From: an uncultured Candidatus Peribacteria bacterium
GTDB lineage: Bacteria; Patescibacteriota; Gracilibacteria; UM-FILTER-43-11
Length of the DNA stretch: 35,027 nt
Direction of reading: 5' to 3'
Assembly (NCBI GenBank): GCA_964538225.1
Contig: CAZIDW010000003.1
Span: 1-35,027 of the forward strand
Under the pieces are notes generated by a model. The model made no database searches. It saw only the letters and a program-made list of their open reading frames with translations, and was not told where the DNA came from. The first letter of the stretch is position 1. The number at the start of each line of letters is the position of its first letter. Made by a program: the position numbers and the translations under genes. Shown one piece after another: positions 28,046 through 35,027 of the stretch.

Positions 28046-28960
28046 CTACCTTAATTTCTTATAAACCCGATACACCCAATACCAAACCGGCCGCACGACC
28101 ATTTCTTTGGCCTGCGGGTAATCAACCGTGTGGCCGCCGAATTTCTTTTTAAAACTAGTCACCCCCGCCCACGCGTGCCCCTCGGCGCCTTCAGGTGCGA
28201 TGCCCAGAAAATCGTAATGTTTACAGCCGCGTCTTTTGGCTTCTTTTATCGCCTCCCATTGGATAAGGTAGGGCGCCATCACATTCCGATAGGTTTCCGC
28301 TGACGCGCCATAATAATAAATCCCCCACTCGTCCAGATATACAAAAAAGCCACCCGCAATCACCTCTCCATTACAGGCCGCCAGTAACAATTGCGCGTTT
28401 TCAGGCATGGCCTGTAACATTTTTCGGTAATAGGATTTTGGATGGATACCGAATTTGTCACGAAACCCTGTTGTGGAGAGTAAATGATAAAATGTATCGA
28501 CATCCACACTCGGCTTCACGGTGACTTCATGCTTTTGAGCGACCTTGATGTTATAACGGCCTTTGGGTTTCATCTGCTTCAGAATGTCTTCTTCGCTTTG
28601 ATCCAGGTCGAGGATGAGGCTGGTTTGGGGCTGATGATCATATTGCGAATCTCTTAGTCCGTAGTCTTTAGTCTTTAATCCTTCAAAGGGGGACAAACGG
28701 ACGAAAATCGCCTTCTGTTTTTTGGCGGTTTCCCGGATTTCAATCAGGATCTGTAACAAACCTTTTTTATCCTTAAAAAGCGGGCCGCGCGGACATTCCA
28801 GCCAGCAGAAACCAAGAGGCAGTTCATGTTTTACAAGCAAGGCCGAGGCGCCATCCGCTTCCAGTAAAAAGACTTTCCGTTGAACAGCGCTCTGAAACGC
28901 CGCCCACAAGGGGTGCTGCCATAAGTTACGCCGTTTGTTTGTTTTCCAGAATTCCAGCAT
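28046..28960 (-). CDS. FemABX family peptidoglycan bridge aminoacyltransferase
   Basis: W..FQ, PRGP, QP..SLILDL, MKPKGRYNI..A, YYYGAS, YDFLGI, FKKKFGG. Confidence 0.92.
   Translation of the reverse strand: MLEFWKTNKRRNLWQHPLWAAFQSAVQRKVFLLEADGASALLVKHELPLGFCWLECPRGPLFKDKKGLLQILIEIRETAKKQKAIFVRLSPFEGLKTKDYGLRDSQYDHQPQTSLILDLDQSEEDILKQMKPKGRYNIKVAQKHEVTVKPSVDVDTFYHLLSTTGFRDKFGIHPKSYYRKMLQAMPENAQLLLAACNGEVIAGGFFVYLDEWGIYYYGASAETYRNVMAPYLIQWEAIKEAKRRGCKHYDFLGIAPEGAEGHAWAGVTSFKKKFGGHTVDYPQAKEMVVRPVWYWVYRVYKKLR
28653..28680. repeat. intragenic NNTAGTC heptamer array
   Basis: cttagtc-cgtagtc-tttagtc-tttaatc, encoding part of GLKTKDYGLR. Confidence 0.7.
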
Positions 28961-29847
28961 TATTTTAAATATTTAAACAGACTGAACATCAATAGCCAGA
29001 AAATCTGGCAGTAAATAATGAATATAACTTCCTGGGGGCCAAAATAACTTTGAGCCAAAACAATACCCAAGCCGACATTTAAAAATAATAAGTTGCTTTG
29101 TGCGCTGATTTTATCTTTTTTCCCTTTGATATAAATCACCATTAGCTTGGCAAAAAAATATAAAATCAAATGTGCCACAAGAACAGCCAGCCATAAGGTC
29201 TGATTTAACAGATTTGCAACCAATTCCTTATTGTAAGGAGCTAAGGCGCCAAAAAATAATAAAAATAAAATCAGCAAACTGATCAATTTGTATGATTTTT
29301 TAGTTTTTTCAATGGTCTTTTTGGCAAAATATTGGGCTGACAGGCTTAAAATAAACGGCACTGCCATCAAAACCAATAATTGCCATAAAATGGTATATAA
29401 GCTTACCTCCACTTTTTTACTGGCAAAAAAGGCCAAAAGAATTGTTATTGTAAACGGGCTAAGTAAATTGGAAAAAACTGTATTGGTTGTGGTAAGAGCC
29501 ACATTCCCTTTATATATCCTGGCCACAGCTGGCGCGGAAACCGCTGACGGCAAAAGCATGAACAAAAGGGCGCCCAATAAAAATTGAGGGAAAAAATGCC
29601 CCATGATCGGAATGCTGACCAAAGGAGCAACGACCAAAATCACCATAACCATAAAAATCTGATCCATTGGTTCTTTTAATTCATTTAACAATTTTTTCGG
29701 GTCAAGTCCCAAAAATGCCACAAGCAAAAGGCCGCCCAAAAGCCAAGTCGTAAACGGAGAAAATAATCTGCCGATCTGAGGCAGAGCCAGTGCGGCCGGA
29801 ATGGCCAATAGGGGGATTAGATTAATGGCTTGTGTTTTTACTTTCAT
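28960..29847 (-). CDS. bile acid:sodium symporter family transporter
   Basis: 295 aa multi-TM; PSAVSAP....YKGNVAL......SNLLSPF, N.GLG. Confidence 0.8.
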   Translation of the reverse strand: MKVKTQAINLIPLLAIPAALALPQIGRLFSPFTTWLLGGLLLVAFLGLDPKKLLNELKEPMDQIFMVMVILVVAPLVSIPIMGHFFPQFLLGALLFMLLPSAVSAPAVARIYKGNVALTTTNTVFSNLLSPFTITILLAFFASKKVEVSLYTILWQLLVLMAVPFILSLSAQYFAKKTIEKTKKSYKLISLLILFLLFFGALAPYNKELVANLLNQTLWLAVLVAHLILYFFAKLMVIYIKGKKDKISAQSNLLFLNVGLGIVLAQSYFGPQEVIFIIYCQIFWLLMFSLFKYLK

Positions 29848-30455
29848 AATATTCGTACTTGATTATTATCGATTTTAATTTTCCCGTCCGCGAACATCTG
29901 GACGACTTTGGGGTACCATTCCTTTTCCAATGCCTGCACTTTGTCTTTTAAGGTCTCCGGTGTGTTAGACGGCTCCACGGGGCAGGCTTTCTGGAGGACG
30001 ATGGGGCCGGTGTCCACGCCTTCGTCGAGCAGATGGATGGTCATGCCGGTTTCTTTTTCGCCCGCGTCGATAACAGCCTGATGCACGGATACATCCATTC
30101 CGCCGCCATGCTTAGGAAGTAAGCTTGGGTGGATATTGATGATGCGGTTTTTATATTTGTTCACCATTTCCGGTCCGATGATCCGCATGTAACCGCCAAG
30201 GACCAAAAGGTCGGGCTGATATTCATCTAAAATTTTCATTACCTTTTTATCAAATTCCTTCCGGCTTTTGCCGGCCTGGTCGACCATGTGGTGCGGGATG
30301 CCGGCGGCTTTGGCTTTCTCAACCGCTCCGCATTCCTTATTGGTGATGAGACAGCACAGTTCGACGTTATCTTTCAGTATTCCGGACTTTTGAGCGTCAA
30401 GAAGGGACTGAAAATTGGTGCCGTTGGTGGAAGCGAGGACAGCGACTTTGTACAT
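29844..30455 (-). CDS. purN: phosphoribosylglycinamide formyltransferase
   Basis: AVLAS..GTNFQ, LGGYMRI, INIHPSLLP, TGMTIH..DEGVDTGPI; start reassigned to ATG 30455 because the upstream ATG lies in the repeat. Confidence 0.96.
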   Translation of the reverse strand: MYKVAVLASTNGTNFQSLLDAQKSGILKDNVELCCLITNKECGAVEKAKAAGIPHHMVDQAGKSRKEFDKKVMKILDEYQPDLLVLGGYMRIIGPEMVNKYKNRIINIHPSLLPKHGGGMDVSVHQAVIDAGEKETGMTIHLLDEGVDTGPIVLQKACPVEPSNTPETLKDKVQALEKEWYPKVVQMFADGKIKIDNNQVRIL

Positions 30456-30459
30456 AGTG

Positions 30460-30579
30460 ACGAAATAACGAAATAACGACATAATTCATCCTCTTTAGTA
30501 TATAGCGTATTGCGCTTAATTTACAATGAACAAAATAGTGCGCACCAGCATATACTACAGAGAACGGACGATACAGCAA
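30460..30579 (-). repeat. 120-bp dispersed hairpin element, copy 2
   Basis: Reverse complement of 14438-14557 with 6 substitutions. Confidence 0.95.
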
Positions 30580-30587
30580 TTTTATGG

Positions 30588-30677
30588 AATTTTAAATTTT
30601 AAATTACAAATAACAAATGATAATTTTTGATATCTTCAATTAAAATTTGTCATTTAAAATTTGATATTTGTTATTTT
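30588..30677. repeat. heptamer-array palindrome (NNCAAAT/ATTTGNN family), copy 2
   Basis: Reverse complement matches 6520-6609 at 82/90. Confidence 0.9.
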
Positions 30678-30838
30678 TATTTAGGTTTGACTTACCGGAT
30701 TTTACGAATAAAATGTTATCGGTCTGTTTTTGGACTCTTGCTCACCGAATTCGGTGTGGCTGATCTTTAGACCACGGGAGCATCGCAAACCGCAAACCTG
30801 TAAGTGCAGAACTGAAAACCTACCTCAAGGAGGGGTCC

Positions 30839-31048
30839 ATGGCACAGAAAGGCTGCTTTTCCACATTACATCCGAAAGACCGGCGCAGGCTGGCAACCCT
30901 TGCCAAGAAACGGCAGGACAATATCGACCATTTTCCGACGGAGATCATCCTCAAGGCTCCATCGGTTCGGAGGGGGACGGTGCGCATCCGCGCCTGCATC
31001 ACTGAAGACGGTGTGCAGGACGCACGCACCGGATATCAGATCCTCTGA
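30839..31048 (+). CDS. small basic hypothetical protein
   Basis: 69 aa; AAGGAGG at 30827-30833; promoter TTGACT-N16-TAAAAT at 30687-30714; terminator downstream. Confidence 0.65.
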   Translation: MAQKGCFSTLHPKDRRRLATLAKKRQDNIDHFPTEIILKAPSVRRGTVRIRACITEDGVQDARTGYQIL

Positions 31049-31090
31049 TTACCTGAACTAGCAATTCGACTTGGTTTGCATGCACCCATT

Positions 31091-31122
31091 CGGGGCGTTC
31101 CGCAAGGGCGCCCCGTTTTTTT
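31091..31122 (+). terminator. intrinsic terminator
   Basis: cggggcgttc-cgcaa-gggcgccccg followed by T7. Confidence 0.85.
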
Positions 31123-31840
31123 ATATATTTAAAAGCTTTTGGCTGTAAAACTTTTTATAAATACACTTTTTCGGATGAATAAAATAATCTTTCTCTGAAA
31201 ACTTTTTATCCGACCATCTGACGTCCAGCCCGCGCGTGATGACAAAAGGGATGGAGGCATCCGTCTCGCCCATCAGCAGATTGGCGGCTGATGCCAGATC
31301 GTCCGCGACCGCAATCTGTGTGTAGGCCATCTTTTTTCCGAACAGATCTTTCTTCCCCCGCTCATCCTGAACACCCATAAACCCCGCCCACCCGATGGCG
31401 ATGCCCGAGGTGCCCGTACGAAGGGCCTGGCAATGGGAATCGCTGATGACCACTCCCAGTTTTTTGAGCCGGTATTTTTTCATCAGTTCGCGACGGAGGG
31501 TGTGGGCCGTTTGGAACGGTTTTTCCGGCCATAGAACGACGATATTTTTCGGTGTGTTGCTGTTGTCGATGCCGGCATTGGGGATGAGGATACGGTTTTT
31601 CAGCGTGATGACCATCTCCCCGTCATCGAGAACTTTGTCCGCTTCTTTCTCAATCAGCTGTCTGAATGCTTTTTTACTTTTAACAGAAACCAGACGGTCC
31701 TGACTGTACGCCACAGCTTTGGAAGCGACTACGATAATATCTCCCTCTTTAAGCCTTTCTTTTCCGAGGGCTTTTCTGAGCGCGGCGGGCAGGTCGTCGT
31801 TTGACTTTAAGAGCCGGCTTTTTAACGGTATGAGTTCCAT
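31121..31840 (-). CDS. CofE-like (F420-0:gamma-glutamate ligase family) protein
   Basis: GDIIVVASK, NAGID.SN, GVVISDS...LR.G..GIAIG, D.RG..DLFG, AD.LASAA.LLMGE. Confidence 0.88.
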   Translation of the reverse strand: MELIPLKSRLLKSNDDLPAALRKALGKERLKEGDIIVVASKAVAYSQDRLVSVKSKKAFRQLIEKEADKVLDDGEMVITLKNRILIPNAGIDNSNTPKNIVVLWPEKPFQTAHTLRRELMKKYRLKKLGVVISDSHCQALRTGTSGIAIGWAGFMGVQDERGKKDLFGKKMAYTQIAVADDLASAANLLMGETDASIPFVITRGLDVRWSDKKFSEKDYFIHPKKCIYKKFYSQKLLNI

Positions 31841-33068
31841 GTTTTTGTAAGATTAAAATGCTGGCAATAATGAGCCAAAAGATCATGGCCAGATCGTTTT
31901 TCCAGAATGGCATATCGAACAAACCGTGGATCAGTATGCCCCACAGGGCGATGAGCGGATAGGTAAATGAGGTGTGGCATAAAATAATGAGGGCTAAAAA
32001 GGCAATAAGGCCGATCAGGCCAGCGTTGAGCCAAAAGCCGATAAAAATGTTATGGGAATGAGGCATGTTCCATTCCAGCGGGGCGCGCCCCAGCACGTTT
32101 GGGGCGCTGATCTGATAATTGGGCTGAAAAAGCCCCGGCCCCGCGCCGAACTGCCAATTGTCTGTGACTAACCGGTAAGAGGTCTGGTAGATCTCCAGAC
32201 GGACGGTGGTGCTGGAGCGGTTTTTGAAATCCAGGAACTGCCTGAATTTGGGGGTATTCAGCTGACTCACAATGATCACCGCAAACGTTGCCCCCAGCAC
32301 CAGTAACGCCAGCCCGATCTTTTTACGCTGTTTCGGATTTTTAAACAAAAAGTAAAGCGCGTACAGCCCCAGCGCGCCAAACACCGCGATTACCCCCGCG
32401 TACGACTGGGTGAAAAACAGGCTGTACATCAGCACCACCAGGGTGGATAAGTCGATATGGTCCCGGTGGGAGGGCAGAGCCGTGCCGCGCCGGAGAAGGA
32501 AATAGATGTTGATGAGGATGGCCGGTACGATGTAAAGCGCCAGGTAATTGGCGGATTCATAAAATCCCCTCAAGCGGAAATCAATGGTCACGCCGGCGCC
32601 GAAGAGCCCGAACCCATAGGACAGCAGGCAGACCAGCGTGGCGGAGTAAACGAAATAACGGAGGACCTTTTCAGCGTGTTTGTCGGTTTTCAGCGCCTGG
32701 GTCAGGACCGCGAAATACAGCACCGGCGCGATGATCCAGCCTTTCCATACGCCCCAAGCGGCGCGTTTGGCGTTCAGGACTTCGCCGCTCGGCAGAGACA
32801 GGAAATCCGGGGCGGCCAGCGTGCCGAGCGTAGCGCCTACCACGATAAAAAAGACCGTGTACCAGTACCGGCGGGTTTTTTTAGTCCACACTAGCTCCCG
32901 ATGCGCCCTGAACAGGCTCATCAGCCATAGGGCGAACAACAGATAAATAAAAACCTCCAGCGCGGTGAACGGGATGCCGATGATCTGGAAACGCACAAAA
33001 TACGCCGGAAACAGAAACGGCGAAACGAACAAAAGTTTCCGGACGAAATGTGAGAGGGGTGGTTTCAT
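31749..33068 (-). CDS. O-antigen ligase (Wzy_C) family membrane protein
   Basis: 439 aa multi-TM; RLRGFYESANYLA, TQS, R..IY, G.GPG.F, HSHN, HGLFD.P. Confidence 0.88.
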   Translation of the reverse strand: MKPPLSHFVRKLLFVSPFLFPAYFVRFQIIGIPFTALEVFIYLLFALWLMSLFRAHRELVWTKKTRRYWYTVFFIVVGATLGTLAAPDFLSLPSGEVLNAKRAAWGVWKGWIIAPVLYFAVLTQALKTDKHAEKVLRYFVYSATLVCLLSYGFGLFGAGVTIDFRLRGFYESANYLALYIVPAILINIYFLLRRGTALPSHRDHIDLSTLVVLMYSLFFTQSYAGVIAVFGALGLYALYFLFKNPKQRKKIGLALLVLGATFAVIIVSQLNTPKFRQFLDFKNRSSTTVRLEIYQTSYRLVTDNWQFGAGPGLFQPNYQISAPNVLGRAPLEWNMPHSHNIFIGFWLNAGLIGLIAFLALIILCHTSFTYPLIALWGILIHGLFDMPFWKNDLAMIFWLIIASILILQKHGTHTVKKPALKVKRRPARRAQKSPRKRKA

Positions 33069-33071
33069 AAA

Positions 33072-33132
33072 AGGACACAGGACCCAGAACTCAGGACACA
33101 GCTGTTTTCTGTGTTCTGTTTTCTGTGTTCTG
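33072..33132. repeat. heptamer-array palindrome (AGGACAC/CTGTGTT family)
   Basis: aggacac-aggaccc-agaactc-aggacac-ag | ctgtttt-ctgtgtt-ctgtttt-ctgtgtt-ctg; fills the hpf/ligase spacer. Confidence 0.9.
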
Positions 33133-33136
33133 AAAA

Positions 33137-33706
33137 TTAGTCGTTATCCATTTTCGGCTCGACGATGCCGTAATACCCATCGTGCCGTTTGTACACCACG
33201 CTGAAACGGCCGGTATCCATGTTATTGAAAAGGAAAAAATCGTGGCCGATAAGCTCCATCCGCTCGATGGCTTCTTCTTCTTTCATGGGCGCGCTGGCGG
33301 AAAAGCGTTTCCGCCTTAGGATCTGGGGAATCTCGAATTCATCGGACGGTTTTTCCGGCACTTCTTCGATTTTAGCGCCCAAACCCTTTTTGTCGGACCG
33401 GTGCATTTTGGCTTTATAGCGTTCAATGGGCTTATGGATTTTATCCATGCAGTCATCGACCGCGCTTTCCACATTCTCCCCCCTGGATTCGGCCCGGAGG
33501 ACCGCGTTCGGGGCAAAGATCGTGAGCTGGCAGACGTACGCGTCTTCGGTTTTGCGGGCTTTTTCGTGTTTCACTTCCACCCTGAATTCCGTGGACTCAT
33601 CATCCAGACGGTCTGCCAGGTTTTTCAGTTTTTCGACTTTGGATTCAATCAGGTCTTGCTGGTTGTCGCTAAGGTTAAGTTGTTGGGATTTGATCTTGAT
33701 CTGCAT
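33137..33706 (-). CDS. hpf: ribosome hibernation promoting factor, long form
   Basis: RaiA-like N-domain plus C-domain RRKRF...PM..EEAI..MELIGHDFFLF.N.......VVYKR.DG.YG. Confidence 0.95.
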   Translation of the reverse strand: MQIKIKSQQLNLSDNQQDLIESKVEKLKNLADRLDDESTEFRVEVKHEKARKTEDAYVCQLTIFAPNAVLRAESRGENVESAVDDCMDKIHKPIERYKAKMHRSDKKGLGAKIEEVPEKPSDEFEIPQILRRKRFSASAPMKEEEAIERMELIGHDFFLFNNMDTGRFSVVYKRHDGYYGIVEPKMDND

Positions 33707-33710
33707 AAAC

Positions 33711-33745
33711 TTCAGATTACAAATTAAAGATTTAAGATGTCAGTT
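33711..33745. repeat. degenerate heptamer array next to the hpf start
   Basis: ttcagat-tacaaat-taaagat-ttaagat-gtcagtt. Confidence 0.5.
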
Positions 33746-33912
33746 AGTGCTAAAGCACTACAGGGCCAGAGCACTAAATCTTACTTCAATTATTGCGAAC
33801 CCGTCGATTAAAATCAAGGCAACTATCATTCGCCGGCTCTCTTGAATCAGTGGGGAAAACGTGATAGGCTTACATTCAGAAAGAATGAGGGAGCCATCTA
33901 ACCAAAATAAAA

Positions 33913-35027
33913 ATGTTTTTTAAACTCATTGCCGACACCTTTTCGGTCGCACGTGATTCCGATCACTTTATTCAGGTTAAAACCCTCAAACAGCCGAATG
34001 TGGAAGACCAGATCTGGCTGGCGATCGAGATCGTGGGCGACAGCAAATACGCCCGTTCTACCGCCCAGAGCATCATCGACACCATCGAAGAGGTCTATTT
34101 CGACCAGTTTGAACTCAGCGCGTATGAGCGTTTTGAACAGGCGCTGAAAGAGGTGAACCTCATCGTCAACAACCTTAAAGAAAAGCGTAAAAAATCTTTT
34201 GGGAAGATCAACGCCATCCTGGCGACCTTTACGGGGCAGGAACTCCATCTGACCCAGGCGGGCGACAGCGAAGCGTACCTCATCCGCAACAACAAGTTCT
34301 CTATGATCAGCGAAGGATTGGGCAGTAAGGCCAAAGACCTGTTCGTGAACATCGCGAGCGGGGAGCTGAAAACCGACGACAAACTCATTTTTTCCACCGG
34401 CCGCCTGCTCCGGCTGGCCACCCATTCCCAGATCGTCCAGCTGTTCACAGACGGCGTGGCCGAAGCCATTGAGGCCACCCGCGAACTCACTATGAACGAC
34501 GAGGAGCTGAGTATCGGGGTCATCTGCATGCACATCAAACTCCTTCATAAAGAAACGGACGACTCCAACAAACGTTCTTCCGGCCAGTTATGGGCGCCGA
34601 TTAAAAAAGCCCTGCAATCCATTCAAGGGTTCTTTGCGGAAAAGGCCGGCAAAAAATCTTTCGTGAGCAAACGCAATGTCCTGTTTATCCTGCTGGCCGT
34701 TATCGTCGTCCTGACAGTCAGCGTTTCCCTGCTCATCGGCAGTCGGCGCGACAATGCTATCCGGGAGGAATACAAGACCAAGATCGACCAGCTCAACCAG
34801 GACATTCACGTGGCCAACACCAAAGGCTATGCCAACGACAAAGAAACTGCAAACGCCATTCTGGAAAAAGTAGAAAAAGAATCCCGCGAAATCCTGGAAG
34901 CCGGCTACTTCCGCGCTGAGACCCTGGCGCTTCTCGGTAAAATCCAGGACACCCGGGATAATATCAACAACACCGACCGCCTGGAAGAGCTGGTTGTCAT
35001 CCCCGACCCCGGTCGCGACCAGGCGGA
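33913..35027 (+). CDS. PP2C-like N-terminal domain membrane protein, runs off the window end (not in the ORF track)
   Basis: Open frame MFFKLIADTF...FEQALKEVN...LHLTQAGDSEAYLIRN...IASGELKTDDKLIFST, then a TM (VLFILLAVIVVLTVSVSLLI); no stop before 35027. Confidence 0.8.
   Translation, partial: MFFKLIADTFSVARDSDHFIQVKTLKQPNVEDQIWLAIEIVGDSKYARSTAQSIIDTIEEVYFDQFELSAYERFEQALKEVNLIVNNLKEKRKKSFGKINAILATFTGQELHLTQAGDSEAYLIRNNKFSMISEGLGSKAKDLFVNIASGELKTDDKLIFSTGRLLRLATHSQIVQLFTDGVAEAIEATRELTMNDEELSIGVICMHIKLLHKETDDSNKRSSGQLWAPIKKALQSIQGFFAEKAGKKSFVSKRNVLFILLAVIVVLTVSVSLLIGSRRDNAIREEYKTKIDQLNQDIHVANTKGYANDKETANAILEKVEKESREILEAGYFRAETLALLGKIQDTRDNINNTDRLEELVVIPDPGRDQA

Noticed and set aside
30456-30482. 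N-terminal extension MSLFRYFVT of PurN
   Set aside because: Derived from the repeat tail; the family-typical start is ATG 30455.
33744-33777. Second CIRCE upstream of hpf (ttagtgct...agcactaa)
   Set aside because: Arms are in the wrong orientation and spacing for TTAGCACTC-N9-GAGTGCTAA.
33898-34548. 216-aa minus-strand ORF
   Set aside because: Antisense shadow of the plus-strand gene starting at 33913.

Overview
Mostly housekeeping region of a bacterium using genetic code 11 (TGA is a stop). Gene content and style (FemAB-like, DUF3352-like, PP2C-like membrane protein, few Shine-Dalgarno sites, purD/purN) suggest a Patescibacteria/CPR genome, possibly Peregrinibacteria; this is an inference. 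Recognisable genes: purD, an ECF-S-component-like/NuoF-like/[FeFe]-hydrogenase operon, secD with an inserted parvulin domain, rnhA, trxA, HU, topA, CIRCE-groES-groEL, msrAB, asnS, yjbQ, purN, CofE-like ligase, O-antigen ligase-like protein and long HPF. There are three AT-rich accessory patches: a DUF559 nuclease cassette bounded by inverted REP-like repeats; a methyltransferase-Mrr fusion plus zeta toxin; and a Cys-rich trio plus an RHH/RelE toxin-antitoxin pair. The most striking unexplained signal is non-coding. About a dozen gene junctions, and one coding loop, carry arrays with a 7-bp period, often head-to-head as palindromes and built from several unrelated heptamers. Several occur as dispersed near-identical copies. 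A 120-bp hairpin element occurs twice, each time directly in front of a start codon and downstream of such an array.
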